A DNA stretch of 64,000 nucleotides, from positions 1 through 64,000 of the forward strand of contig CAWDKY010000024.1 of assembly GCA_963802945.1 (NCBI GenBank). Direction: 5' to 3'. The position numbers were made by a program, and so were the translations under genes. This DNA comes from an uncultured delta proteobacterium (lineage in GTDB: Bacteria; Desulfobacterota; RBG-13-43-22). Within the stretch, counting starts at the first letter, position 1. Every line of letters begins with the position of its first letter. The notes under the pieces are model-generated. The model worked only from the letters and a program-made list of their open reading frames with translations. It had not been told where the DNA came from and searched no databases. Of the stretch, positions 19,789 through 30,663 are shown piece by piece.

Positions 19789-21288
19789 TTATTTCTTCTT
19801 CCGACCGCTTAAGGCCTCGCGATCACCGCCACTCATACCGGCGATATACTTGACTAGGTTCTTTCTGGCCTCGATGTCATACTGGGTGGTGATGGCAATC
19901 TGTTCCATGATCGGCGATCCACCGCCATGATAATTACCTACGTTAGTGATGCCGCCTGTGGCCGAGCATAGCAGATCGCCCAAATATCGCCAGAACTGGG
20001 CCTGATCCTCCACCGGCATTTTGGGATTCCGTTTGGTGTACTTGAGGAGCAGGTCTTTAATATCCTTGTTTACAAAATCCTTCTCGTGGGGGAAGGTGGC
20101 CACCACGCCACCGGCCAGATCGCATAGGATCTCCGCTTCCCGATAAACCGCTTCGCCGGTCAGACAGCGGCCCACATTACAATAGATCGAATGGGGGATA
20201 TACGAGCCGGGGCCGTAAGGGACAAAACCCACCCCGGGCATATAGACCTCCGGCTTTCCCAAATCCGAAGCCGTGTATCCGGCGGCATAACCCAGCTCGG
20301 TGGTCATGATAATCTCGGCCAGTTTCTCCCGCACATGGGAAGCCTTATGAATATTATTCACCTCTGCCGCCAGGGCGGCAGTGCCCAATAAGACGTCGCC
20401 AATAGCCGGTTTGCAACCCGAATAGGAATGACGATGGAACAAGGCGAAAAGCAGGGCCAACACCCCGCCATGCTGCCATTCACCGGCCAGGAAAACCCTT
20501 TCCCAGGGGACAAAGCAGTCGTCAAAAATCATATAGGAGTCGGTGGCACCCGGCACAAATCCCCGCTTGAAATGCTCCCTTGCTCGAAGATTGTGGATGG
20601 TGACTACTTGTTTCAACCCGTCCCAGTCACCGGGAACGGCGAAGGCCACGGCATAGTCCTTGTCCTCGGGACGCAAGGCCCGTGTGGGGAGTACCAGTAC
20701 CTCGTCGGCCACTGAGGCCTCTGAAATGTGCACCTTGCAGCCACTGACCACGATGCCGTCCTTCCGTCTCTCCTTGATCCGTACATAAGCATCCGGATTC
20801 TCCTGATCGGCCGGTCTTTGCAGCCGGTCGCCCTTGACGTCCGTCTGGGCACAGCAGCCCACCAGGTCTTCGGTCTGGAAGCGGGTCAGCCACTTTTTGA
20901 AGTTCTCATGATACTGGGTGGCCCCGTTGTTCTGCTTATCCGCCTCGTAAGAGACATTGTAAATGGCGTTGGTGCCGTCGATGCCCATGCAGCGCTGGAT
21001 ACAGCCTCCCACCTTCTGGCAGAGCATGCGGGTCATGTCCTGCTTCTTGTGCAGGTCGTCGGTATTTTGATGGACATGGGTAAACCGGTTGATTCTCTCT
21101 CCGGTGAGATGGGAGATGGCGGTGCACAGGTCCTGATTCTCCGGCTTGGCGGCTTCATCATAAGTCGTGCCGATGGTATCGAAGCAGTCCTGCTGGAGTT
21201 CATCCGTGCGGTCAATCAGGTTGCCGTCAAAATAAATATTCCGTTTCATCTTGGACAAGCCTTGAATATACTGTTCTTTGGTTCTCAT
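19789..21288 (-). CDS. 4-hydroxybutyryl-CoA dehydratase (AbfD)/HpaB-fold family protein
   Basis: GGCIQRCMG (CxxxC), TDVKGDR, HRHSYSGCK (His..Cys Fe-S ligands), HGGGSP; RBS GGAGG before ATG 21288. Confidence 0.88.
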   Translation of the reverse strand: MRTKEQYIQGLSKMKRNIYFDGNLIDRTDELQQDCFDTIGTTYDEAAKPENQDLCTAISHLTGERINRFTHVHQNTDDLHKKQDMTRMLCQKVGGCIQRCMGIDGTNAIYNVSYEADKQNNGATQYHENFKKWLTRFQTEDLVGCCAQTDVKGDRLQRPADQENPDAYVRIKERRKDGIVVSGCKVHISEASVADEVLVLPTRALRPEDKDYAVAFAVPGDWDGLKQVVTIHNLRAREHFKRGFVPGATDSYMIFDDCFVPWERVFLAGEWQHGGVLALLFALFHRHSYSGCKPAIGDVLLGTAALAAEVNNIHKASHVREKLAEIIMTTELGYAAGYTASDLGKPEVYMPGVGFVPYGPGSYIPHSIYCNVGRCLTGEAVYREAEILCDLAGGVVATFPHEKDFVNKDIKDLLLKYTKRNPKMPVEDQAQFWRYLGDLLCSATGGITNVGNYHGGGSPIMEQIAITTQYDIEARKNLVKYIAGMSGGDREALSGRKKK

Positions 21289-21382
21289 TGTTCCCCTCCT
21301 CCTTAAGGCGTTCTTCATGATTTGGTTTTAACTTTGTATAATTTATCCTTTTGCCAAAGGCTCCGCTACTACTCATTTTTCA

Positions 21383-21411
21383 AGGAACAATTCTATTATG
21401 GAATTGTTCCT
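21383..21411. promoter_or_regulatory. Perfect 11-bp inverted repeat upstream of the AbfD-like gene
   Basis: AGGAACAATTC-N7-GAATTGTTCCT, just downstream of a minus-strand TTGACT-N16-TATTTT. Confidence 0.5.
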
Positions 21412-21625
21412 CTTTTTATAAAATATAATTAAACTAAAAAAAGTCAATTTTTTTATAGGAAAGAGAAAAATGATGGCCTAGTTTTTAATAACAACTTGGT
21501 TAAAAATAAAAAATTATACCACAAGACCAAGAAGAGATGCCAGTACAAAAAAGAAAAATCAGAATTAAGGCACTGGTAGACTAGTCGATCTGAGGTTCGA
21601 GGAGTTCTGTTTGAAATAATAGAAA

Positions 21626-23047
21626 TCAAGATGCCAGGAGAAAGGCCTTGTATCCTTTGTAAGTCATATACAAGTCAGCCTTGCTGATCAATTCGAAGGG
21701 GGAATGCATAGACAGGACCGGCGTGCCGCAATCAATAATCTCCAGACCCAGAGCGGCTAAGAATTTAGCGATTGTACCCCCTCCTCCTTCATCCACCTTG
21801 CCCAGTTCCCCGGTCTGCCAGACTATCCCATTTTGATTGAACAACTTTCTGATCCAGTGAACATATTCGGCGTGGGCATCACTGGAGCCGATTTTCCCTC
21901 CGGACCCGGTAAATTTGGTCAGGCAAAGACCACACCCCAGACGCGGGGCATTCCGCTTTTCATGAACTTCCTGATAATCGGGATCCAGGGCCCCGGCCAC
22001 GTCGGCTGAAATAGCCCGAGAAGCGGCCAGGGTTTCATTGAAGATCTGCTGAGAAAAGGTCTCCCCTTTAAGGGAAAACAACCGTGGCAAAAAGGCCTCT
22101 AGTATCTGAGCCCGGGCACTGGTATTACCTTCGCTACCGATTTCCTCTTTGTCATAAAAAAGAACCACCACGGTCCGGGTTGGCTTTCCCACTTCCAAGG
22201 CGGCCTTCAGGCCACTGAAGACACAGGCTCGATCATCCTGCCCGTAGGCCCCGACGATCCCCCGATCCAGGCCCACATCACGGGCCGGCTCGGACGGTAC
22301 CAACTCCAGTTCGGCGCTGATCAAGTCCTCTTCAATCAATCCGTATTTTTCATCAAGATATCGCAGGATCGCCAACTTGAATCGTTCCTTGGTTTCCTCA
22401 GGACCCAGAGGAATACTGCCGATAAGGATGTTAAGCTTTTCTCCTTCAATAGCCTCGGAGAGCTTTTTTTCCATTTGCACCTTTCGGGCCAAATGAGGCA
22501 GGAGATCGGCCACGGAAAAGACAGGGTCCTGGTTTTTTACCCCGATGGCCAAATTGATTTTTTTATTTTCGGCTGTAAAAATGGTCCCATGAAGGGCGAG
22601 AGGCCTGGCCAGCCACTGATATTTTTTGATCCCCCCATAATAATGGGTCTTAAAAAAGGCTAAGTCCGTTTCTTCGTATAAAGGGTGCTGCTTTAGGTCC
22701 AAGCGGGGTGCATCCACATGGGAAGCGATTATTTGAAGCCCTGCCGATATGGGTTTCTCCCCGAGAATGGCCAGGGCCAAAACTTTGTCCTTCAAGACCT
22801 GAAAAATCTTTCCCTTTGAACTGGCATGATCAAGATCTTTAAATCCTGCCCGGATAAGTCTTCGAGAAATCTCGCCGATCGTTTCCCGTTCGGTTTTAGA
22901 GGCATTTAAAAAGGCCTTATAGTCTTCAGAAAGCTTCCAAACCTTTTCTTTTTCTTCTGAGGAAAGCTCATCCCAGACCAAACGTCGGCGGTAAACCAAG
23001 CGTTTCTCCAGGGTTTGGACTTCTTTTTTAGTTATTTTTTTAAACAT
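21626..23047 (-). CDS. M18 family aminopeptidase
   Basis: SHVDAPRLD, HYYGGIKKYQW, GQDDR, DKEEIGS, SMHSPFE. Confidence 0.93.
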   Translation of the reverse strand: MFKKITKKEVQTLEKRLVYRRRLVWDELSSEEKEKVWKLSEDYKAFLNASKTERETIGEISRRLIRAGFKDLDHASSKGKIFQVLKDKVLALAILGEKPISAGLQIIASHVDAPRLDLKQHPLYEETDLAFFKTHYYGGIKKYQWLARPLALHGTIFTAENKKINLAIGVKNQDPVFSVADLLPHLARKVQMEKKLSEAIEGEKLNILIGSIPLGPEETKERFKLAILRYLDEKYGLIEEDLISAELELVPSEPARDVGLDRGIVGAYGQDDRACVFSGLKAALEVGKPTRTVVVLFYDKEEIGSEGNTSARAQILEAFLPRLFSLKGETFSQQIFNETLAASRAISADVAGALDPDYQEVHEKRNAPRLGCGLCLTKFTGSGGKIGSSDAHAEYVHWIRKLFNQNGIVWQTGELGKVDEGGGGTIAKFLAALGLEIIDCGTPVLSMHSPFELISKADLYMTYKGYKAFLLAS

Positions 23048-23175
23048 GGGAGATCCTTAACGATTTAAAAATATGTCCTCATACTCGCAGGTGACGGGCG
23101 TCATCAAATCATGATATTCGAGTTCGACGAACACTAAACGCCGAAAGGTATTTTCGCATGATATTTCAGAAAGGT

Positions 23176-23832
23176 TCACCTCAGGGCTAAAGGTTTTTGC
23201 CCCAGGATGATTCTATGCAGGTAAAAGAGGTTACATTTGATGATTCTCTGAATCTCGATTTCTGTGGACTTAACCAAGGAGACCACATCCAGGTTGGTGA
23301 CAAAACCAACCTTGGCAAAAAGAGGAGAGGCTATGGATTCTATTTTACCCAACAGCCGGTCAGGATTTTTGGAGTGGTTGACGATAATGATTTGTCCGCC
23401 CGGTTTACAGACCCGGATAATTTCCTGGCAGAATTGATGGGGATCCTGAACGGTAGTAAAAACATAAGGGGAAAGAACGGCATCAAAGGTGTTGTCTTCA
23501 AAATTCATCTTACAGGCGTCCATAACCTGAAGGTCCACCTTAAGTCCATTTCCCATCTCTTTGACCCGTTGTTTAGCCCGTTCAATCATCTTGGCCGAAA
23601 TGTCAATCCCGACGATATGGCAGCTTTTAGGGTAATGGGGCAAGGTTAAACCCGTCCCGATCCCGACTTCGAGGATTTTTTTATTGGAGGAATTCAAATA
23701 ATTAATGGCCTTCTTTCTGCCGGACTCAAAAACTTTGCCGAAAATCAGATCATAGAAAGGAGAATAGAAAGAATAGATCCCTTCCATAGATCGGCCGTTC
23801 CCATTATTTTTCTTACCCATAGGCTTTACCAT
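23176..23832 (-). CDS. Class I SAM methyltransferase (PmtA-like phospholipid N-methyltransferase)
   Basis: YDLIFGKVFESGR, LEVGIGTGL, RVCKPGG..IVNH. Confidence 0.78.
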   Translation of the reverse strand: MVKPMGKKNNGNGRSMEGIYSFYSPFYDLIFGKVFESGRKKAINYLNSSNKKILEVGIGTGLTLPHYPKSCHIVGIDISAKMIERAKQRVKEMGNGLKVDLQVMDACKMNFEDNTFDAVLSPYVFTTVQDPHQFCQEIIRVCKPGGQIIIVNHSKNPDRLLGKIESIASPLFAKVGFVTNLDVVSLVKSTEIEIQRIIKCNLFYLHRIILGQKPLALR

Positions 23833-24309
23833 GCTCCTATTGGTTTTGATTGAATGGTTCTTAAAAATCGTAGAAAAAGGTATTGTAAACCTGCTGGGCC
23901 TTTCTCTCGAATTTCAGGCCTGCTCGATTAAAACCCCACAGGCATGCTCATCCGGAATGAAAGGTTTGCTCCACTTTTTGGTTTCCGTTTTGGATCGGAT
24001 CCCTTTTTACACAAAGATTGTCATAGAATTCATAGCATATTGCTTAGAACGAGGTCAACTATTAAATTTATGATGGAAAAACCTGTCGAATATAGATATA
24101 ATAAAACAAATTCACTCCCCTTTCAAGACCATCAACGGATACAAAGAATTCATGAATTCAAGAGGAAAATAAAATCTCATTCCCTCTGCCCTTTCTCTAA
24201 TACTCATGATGTATTTACAAAACGTTATCTTTATAATCTTCCTGATTTTCTACCTGGCGGTAGGCAGGCTTACCTGCTTTTTTCGAAGACAGGTCAATCG
24301 GGGTATCCT

Positions 24310-25632
24310 ATGCCTGTAGTAACTATTTCAGACCTTTCTTGGGGAGGCGAGGGTATAGGTCGGATAGAAGGGAAAGTTGTTTTTATTCCTTTCGGCCTTC
24401 CAGGGGAAGTCGTCGAAGTGGAAATAGGTCAATCCAAAAAAAATTACTGTCAAGGGAAATTGGTCCACATCCTTGAGCCTTCACCGGATCGGGTTGAACC
24501 GCCCTGTCCCTTCTACCGGGAATGCGGAGGGTGTCAGCTCCAGCACCTTGCACTCCAAAGGCAGGTCCAAGAAAAAGAAAGGCTTTTTAAACAAACCCTG
24601 GAGCACGCCCTGAAACCTCAAAAGGGTCTGGTTCTTCCAACCCTGCAATCCACGGTGGCTTTCGGCTACCGTCATCGTCTTCAGCTTAAAACATCTTGGG
24701 AAAAAAAACAGTTTTGTCTTGGTTTTTTCAGACCCAAAAGTCACGATTTGGTGCCCCTTGATGGCTGCCTGTTGGCTAATGACCCATCAAATGAGGTCCT
24801 GAAAGTGTTGCCGGAAAAGATGAGAAATCTCCAACTCAAAAAATGGGCTCCGGATATCGAACTCCAGGTCCATGAAAGTCCTCGAAGAGGAGGGATCGTT
24901 TTTACCTCCTCCAAGGGGCTTGATCCCTCTCAAAAAAAAAGGATTACCAAAGAACTCTTGCCTATCCAAGGGATAAACTATCTCCTTTTTAAGGAATCAG
25001 ATTGCCTGCCACTGACCGGAGAACACCCTTTCTCCATTGAGGAGGAAAGCCCGGAATACTGGCTTCCAGCTTCTGAAACCGGACTGTCAAAGGACCTCCG
25101 ATTGACCTGTTTCCCCTTGGTTTTTACCCAGGTCAACCAGGAACTGAACCGGCGATTGATAGCCCGGATCTTAAGCTTGAACCTGTTTGACAGACAGGAT
25201 ACCGTCCTGGATCTCTATTGTGGCCTGGGGAATTTTTCCCTGCCGGCAGCCATGAAGGTTCAAAAGGTGTTCGGTATTGAGGCCTTCCCCCTGGCGGTGA
25301 CCAATGCCCGCTGGAACGGGAAAAGCAATCAAATTTCCAACTGCACCTTCATTCAGGCTAGGGTCGAAGAGGGACTCAATCAATTGAAATGGTCTGCGAA
25401 ACCTGTTTCCTGGATTATCCTGGATCCCCCTCGAACCGGGGCACTGGAGGTAATCCCGATGTTGGATGCCTGGAACACAAAAGGGATCTTTTATATTTCC
25501 TGCGATCCCATGACCCTGTCCCGGGATTTGACCCAATTGGTAAAAAGGGGATGGAGGATTAAATGGTCTCAACCAGTTGATTTTTTTCCACAAACATTTC
25601 ATCTTGAAAGCATCACTTTTTTAACCAAGTAG
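24310..25632 (+). CDS. rlmD: 23S rRNA m5U methyltransferase RlmD/RumA family
   Basis: TRAM domain, CP..ECGGCQ, DLYCGLG, LDPPRTG, YISCDP, DFFPQTFHLE; start MPVVTI at 24310. Confidence 0.88.
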   Translation: MPVVTISDLSWGGEGIGRIEGKVVFIPFGLPGEVVEVEIGQSKKNYCQGKLVHILEPSPDRVEPPCPFYRECGGCQLQHLALQRQVQEKERLFKQTLEHALKPQKGLVLPTLQSTVAFGYRHRLQLKTSWEKKQFCLGFFRPKSHDLVPLDGCLLANDPSNEVLKVLPEKMRNLQLKKWAPDIELQVHESPRRGGIVFTSSKGLDPSQKKRITKELLPIQGINYLLFKESDCLPLTGEHPFSIEEESPEYWLPASETGLSKDLRLTCFPLVFTQVNQELNRRLIARILSLNLFDRQDTVLDLYCGLGNFSLPAAMKVQKVFGIEAFPLAVTNARWNGKSNQISNCTFIQARVEEGLNQLKWSAKPVSWIILDPPRTGALEVIPMLDAWNTKGIFYISCDPMTLSRDLTQLVKRGWRIKWSQPVDFFPQTFHLESITFLTK

Positions 25633-25684
25633 GGGTCGAGGATTCAAGGGGTTTTTCCCCCAATAACTTTCCTTTGAATCCTAA
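25632..25684. repeat. Octamer (AGGATTCA-type) fold-back repeat
   Basis: aggggtcg aggattcaaggg ... cctttgaatcct directly after the stop codon. Confidence 0.75.
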
Positions 25685-25843
25685 TCTTCCTAATCAGCGC
25701 CAACTCATCTGGGGATTATTTCAAAATATCGGTCAATCTGTTAAATAACCCATTAAATACATTAGAAAAAATTTTATATTGGGTTTTTCCGGGGAACGTG
25801 ATATACTAATAAGGTTCTAAATTTTATGCCAGGAGGTTACCCC

Positions 25844-26332
25844 ATGATGATATTCAAGGTGGGGGATTTGGCGGTTTATCCAGCCCATGGAGTTGGTCGG
25901 ATAGAATCCATAGAGGCTCATAACCTTTACGGTTCTTCTCAGAATTTTTATATTATGAGAATTTTAGATAATAATATGATTATCATGATCCCGATCAGCA
26001 ACGCCAACAATGTTGGACTCAGAGAAATTATCAAGGAAGAGGAAGTTTCCAAAATTTTTAAAATCCTAAAAGAGAAAGATGTTGAATTCGACAACCAGAG
26101 CTGGAACCGAAGATACCGGGAATATATGGAAAAAATAAAAACCGGTTCGGTATTTGAGGTGGCCCAAGTCCTTCGTGATCTGTTTTTGTTGAAGTTGGAA
26201 AAAGAGCTTTCTTTTGGTGAACGGAAAATGCTTGATACGGCCAAGAGTCTTTTGGTTAAGGAAATCTCCATAGCCAAGAAAATGGAAGAAACCAAGGTGG
26301 AGGAGAACATTAAACGAATCTTTAAAAATTAA
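25844..26332 (+). CDS. carD: CarD family transcriptional regulator
   Basis: FKVGDLAVYPAHGVGRI, WNRRYREY, LSFGERKMLD; exact start uncertain. Confidence 0.93.
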   Translation: MMIFKVGDLAVYPAHGVGRIESIEAHNLYGSSQNFYIMRILDNNMIIMIPISNANNVGLREIIKEEEVSKIFKILKEKDVEFDNQSWNRRYREYMEKIKTGSVFEVAQVLRDLFLLKLEKELSFGERKMLDTAKSLLVKEISIAKKMEETKVEENIKRIFKN

Positions 26333-26518
26333 CATCAATACCGTAATACCGCCCTTGGCAGGCCAGGTCTCTAAGCAGGACAGGAAAGTCACTCGCTATT
26401 CATGTCCGAGGCCGGTCGTGATGTGGTTCACCCAATGAAATCATCATTTATTTTCTGACTAGCCCAAAAGGAAGAGGGCTGGATTTTTCCCAGAAAGGTG
26501 GTGAAAGGAGGTGACAAA

Positions 26519-27524
26519 GTGAGCCAATTTTTTTTAAAAGCAATTTTTATCCTCATTTGTTTGATAGGTGGTTATTTTATTTCCGACCACATTGAAGGAA
26601 TACAGGGCATAACGTTGGATTCCTTTCCTGGGGGCCGTCCTGGGTCTTATTTTATCTCTTATTATCCTGGAGGTTGAAAAACAAATTAAAAAGGTCCCTC
26701 TGCGTAGTTCATTGGGAGGGGTGACCGGCCTGGTCCTAGGATTGGTTGTCGCCCGCCTTTTAATGTTTCCTTTTGATTATTTCCAAAATGATGCCTATCT
26801 CCATTATTTGATATTGCTCTTTTTAAGCGGCATCTTGGGTTATCTGGGATTATCTTTGGGCAGCAGCAAGTCAGAAGAAATCGGCAGGTTTGCCAACTCC
26901 GCCAGGCCTCCTTCGTCCCTTTCTAAAACCCTTTTCCGTTACCTGCTGGATACCAGTGTAATCATTGACGGCCGAATTGCCGATATCTGTGAAACCGGTT
27001 TTGTAGAAGGGACCTTGATTATTCCCCAGTTTGTCCTTCAGGAATTGCACCATATTGCCGACTCCAACGACCCTTTAAAAAAAATCCGGGGAAGAAGGGG
27101 GTTGGATGTCATTGAAAAAATCCAGAAACAAAAAGACCAGGAGGTCATCATCCTGGACCAGAATCCTCCCAAAGACAATGTGGATGCCAAACTGGTCGAT
27201 CTGGCCCTGGAATTGAATGGAACGATCATTACCAATGATTTCAATCTCAATAAAGTGGCTGAATTGCGGGGCGTTAAATGCCTGAATCTGAACAAGCTGG
27301 CTAATGCCCTGAAACCGGCCGTTTTATCCGGGGAAATCTTAACCGTCCAAATAATTCGAGAAGGGAAAACTCCGGGGCAAGGCGTTGCCTATATGGACGA
27401 TGGGACCATGGTGGTGGTTGAAAATGCCAGAAAGCATATCGGCCGAACAATTGAGGTAGTTGTTACCAGTGTCCTGCAAACCGGAACCGGCCGGATGATC
27501 TTTACTGAGATTAAGAATGGGTAA
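26519..27524 (+). CDS. PIN/TRAM-domain membrane protein (YacL-like), +1 frameshift near 26610
   Basis: RBS AGGAGG before GTG 26519; TM helices; LLDTSVIIDGRI, RGRRGLD, TNDFNLNKVA, DDGTMVVVE. Confidence 0.88.
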
Positions 27525-27530
27525 CTAAAA

Positions 27531-27637
27531 CTGGATACTGGATACTGGATACTTGATACTGGTTACGCGTTGTCCTGTGCCGGATGCCGGATAAATTAAG
27601 GATTTTCTAATTTGACTTTGGATATCCAGTATCCAGT
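27531..27637. repeat. Heptamer (CTGGATA)n with inverted (TATCCAG)n arm
   Basis: ctggata ctggata ctggata cttgata ctgg at 27531-27562; tatccagtatccagt at 27623-27637. Confidence 0.85.
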
Positions 27638-27677
27638 AACGAGTCATAAGCTTCTATCATCATCAAAGCCCTCAATC

Positions 27678-28647
27678 GTGCGCTACGAATTTAAAGTCCA
27701 GGCCCCTGATCTCCATAAACGATTAGATCTTTTTCTGAAGGAAAAGGGAGTTCCTTATTCCCGTTCCCAGCTTAAAAAATGGATTGATGGAGGGCGGATT
27801 TCGGTCAACGGCAAATCTGAAAAAGGAGGATACCGTTTAAAAGAAGGAGATTTTCTGGAAGTATTTCCCGAAGACCCTATCCCTTTATCGCTGACCCCTG
27901 AAAACATCCCATTATCCATTCTCTATGAAGACAAGGACCTATTGGTCTTGGACAAACCGCGCCGGATTGGTCGTACATCCGGCCCCGGGGAATTATTCCG
28001 GAACCCTGGTCCATGCCTTGCTTTTTCACTGCCTCGATCTTTCAGGAATAGGAGGGATGCTGCGGCCCGGAATCGTTCATCGCCTGGATAAAGACACCTC
28101 CGGTCTGATGATTGTGGCTAAAAATGATGCGTCGCATCAGCAACTGATTCGTCAATTCCAAACAGGAAAGGTAATCAAAGAATATCAGGCCTTGATTTGG
28201 GGGCTCCCTCAAAAAAATCATGGTCGAATTGAAAAACCTATCGGCCGGCACCCAGTGCAGCGAAAGAAGATGGCCATTGATGAGAACAAGGGCAAACCAG
28301 CTGTGACCGAATGGCAGGTCATCGAAAGATTTTCCCCCCAGGGAATTACCTGGCTGAAACTGGGATTAAAAACCGGAAGGACTCATCAGATCCGCGTTCA
28401 CCTCTCCTCTCAAGGATGGCCGGTGGTGGGGGATCCCCTATATGGCAAGGGAAAAAACATCAAAATGAAAGAGAAAGGATTGCCGACTGAAGTCCTAAAA
28501 ACAATTTCCCGTCAATTGCTCCATTCCAGCCATCTGACCTTCATACATCCAACCAATCGAAATTTATTAGATTTTTCATCGACTCTCCCCGGGGACATGG
28601 AAGACCTAATCAAGTTTTTACGAACTTGTGCCGATAGAATAGAATAG
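27678..28647 (+). CDS. rluD: RluA/RluD family pseudouridine synthase, +1 frameshift near 27960
   Basis: S4 domain RLD..SRSQ, KP/AGLVVHPAPG, HRLDKDTSG, TGRTHQIRVH. Confidence 0.88.
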
Positions 28648-28959
28648 TCAGGGCCAAAAGAAATAAAAAATACTTGACATTCTTGGAATTATGCTGTAAT
28701 TGACCATAAACAAAAGGAGATCATGGTGTTCCAAGAAAGCACCAATTCCTACCTGTTAAGGATATAAATCCAAAAAGAAACAGACAGATTCCAAAATCAT
28801 CGTCATTATTTCCCATTGCAATCATCTAAGATCAATAAAGGGATTGAGTAAGCAACCATAATTTATTTTATAAGCCTTTTATTAATTAACGATAAAAGGG
28901 CCTATTCCCCCAAAGAACACCATTAAGTTTATTAAAGAAATTAGCATATCGAGGACACT

Positions 28960-30210
28960 ATGAATTTAGCCGAGCTTAAGCAAAAAAAGATCAGTGAACT
29001 GACCCAGATGGGCAAAGAATTCAATATTGAAGGGGCCAGCGGGATGAGGAAACAGGAGCTCATTTTCGCCCTTCTTCAGGCCCAAACGGAAAAAAACGGC
29101 CTCATTTACGGGGAAGGGGTTTTGGAAATCCTGCCTGATGGATTTGGTTTTTTAAGGGCCCCGGACTACAACTATCTCCCCGGGCCGGATGATATTTATG
29201 TTTCCCCATCTCAGATTCGACGATTTAATTTGCGGACCGGCGACACCACCTCCGGACAGATCAGGTCTCCTAAGGATAACGAACGATACTTTGCCCTTCT
29301 AAAAGTGGAGTCGGTTAATTTTGAAGACCCGGAAATCTCTCGGGATAAAATCCTTTTTGACAATTTGACTCCCCTGTATCCCAACGAACGGATACAACTG
29401 GAGACAGATGATCCGGTTAACTATTCCATTCGGGTAATGGATTTATTGACCCCCATTGGTAAAGGGCAGAGGGGCCTTATCGTCTCCCCGCCCCGGACCG
29501 GCAAAACCATGCTGCTCCAGAACATCGCCAACAGCATCTCGCGAAATTATAAAGATATCATCTTAATCGTCCTGCTCATCGACGAACGCCCTGAAGAAGT
29601 TACCGATATGCAGCGATCGGTCCAGGCCGAGGTGATCAGCTCAACTTTTGATGAGCCGGCCCAGCGGCATATCCAGGTCGCCGAAATGGTTATTGAAAAG
29701 GCCAAACGACTTGTGGAACACAAAAGGGACGTGGTCATCCTGCTGGACAGTATCACCCGCCTGGCCAGGGCCTATAATACCGTGGTCCCTCCCAGCGGCA
29801 AGATCCTCTCCGGCGGAGTGGACTCCAACGCCCTGCATCGCCCAAAACGGTTTTTCGGGGCCGCCCGAAACATTGAAGAAGGCGGCAGTCTTACCATTAT
29901 TGCCACGGCCCTGATTGATACCGGTAGCCGGATGGATGAAGTGATCTTTGAGGAATTCAAGGGAACAGGAAACATGGAGATTCACCTGGACCGCAAACTG
30001 AGCGACAAACGGATTTTCCCGGCCATTGACATAAATCGCTCCGGAACCCGAAAAGAAGAATTGCTGTTACCTACCGATGAACTAAATAAAGTTTGGATTT
30101 TGAGAAAATTATTGGCCCCGCTGACCGTAGTGGACAGTATGGAGTTTCTTTTGGAAAAAATGAACGGGACCAAGGACAACGCTGATTTCTTGAGCTTAAT
30201 GAATAAATAA
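28960..30210 (+). CDS. rho: Transcription termination factor Rho
   Basis: [47 protein letters not shown]. Confidence 0.99.
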   Translation: MNLAELKQKKISELTQMGKEFNIEGASGMRKQELIFALLQAQTEKNGLIYGEGVLEILPDGFGFLRAPDYNYLPGPDDIYVSPSQIRRFNLRTGDTTSGQIRSPKDNERYFALLKVESVNFEDPEISRDKILFDNLTPLYPNERIQLETDDPVNYSIRVMDLLTPIGKGQRGLIVSPPRTGKTMLLQNIANSISRNYKDIILIVLLIDERPEEVTDMQRSVQAEVISSTFDEPAQRHIQVAEMVIEKAKRLVEHKRDVVILLDSITRLARAYNTVVPPSGKILSGGVDSNALHRPKRFFGAARNIEEGGSLTIIATALIDTGSRMDEVIFEEFKGTGNMEIHLDRKLSDKRIFPAIDINRSGTRKEELLLPTDELNKVWILRKLLAPLTVVDSMEFLLEKMNGTKDNADFLSLMNK

Positions 30211-30214
30211 ATGG

Positions 30215-30293
30215 TGGATTCAGGGGGTCGAGGATTCAAGGTTTCAAGAATTTCTTGGGAGTTATTCAGATATTCATTTGAACCTTTAATCCC
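30215..30293. repeat. Octamer fold-back repeat between rho and rpmE
   Basis: ggattcag ggggtcga ggattcaa ggtttcaa ... ttgaacctttaatcc. Confidence 0.75.
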
Positions 30294-30324
30294 TTCCTGC
30301 CAAGGAAAGTGAGGATTTACGATT

Positions 30325-30564
30325 ATGAAAGAAAAAATTCATCCGGCCTACCATCAAACAACGGTTCGCTGTGCCTGTGGGAATGAGATCCCCACCGGGT
30401 CCACCCGGAAAGACATCCGGGTTGAAATTTGTTCCCAATGTCATCCCTTTTTCACCGGAAAACAAAAAATAATGGATTCGGCCGGAAGGATCGAGCGTTT
30501 CCAAAAGAAATACAGCAAAGTGACCAAGAAAAAGGCAGCTCCGGTAGAGGAAGCTCAGGGTTAA
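30325..30564 (+). CDS. rpmE: 50S ribosomal protein L31 (Zn-binding type)
   Basis: [29 protein letters not shown]. Confidence 0.98.
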   Translation: MKEKIHPAYHQTTVRCACGNEIPTGSTRKDIRVEICSQCHPFFTGKQKIMDSAGRIERFQKKYSKVTKKKAAPVEEAQG

Positions 30565-30573
30565 TACGAAAAT

Positions 30574-30626
30574 AGGATTCGGGGATTCAATCCCGCCGAT
30601 GGCGGGACTCGACCCCTTGAATCCTT
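30574..30626. repeat. Octamer fold-back repeat enclosing a CCCGCC-N3-GGCGGG mini-hairpin
   Basis: aggattcg gggattca atcccgccgatggcggga ctcgaccc cttgaatcct. Confidence 0.8.
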
Positions 30627-30663
30627 TGCTCTCTTTTTATGACATGAAAAATATTCATTACGA

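Noticed and set aside
23850-24309. Riboswitch or a 122-aa N-terminal extension of RlmD
   Set aside because: No aptamer consensus could be matched by eye; RlmD homology begins at 24310 and the extension looks like an open intergenic frame.
28674-28959. rho promoter and attenuator leader
   Set aside because: TTGACA is present, but the best -10 has poor spacing; the long leader is plausible but no specific structure can be supported.
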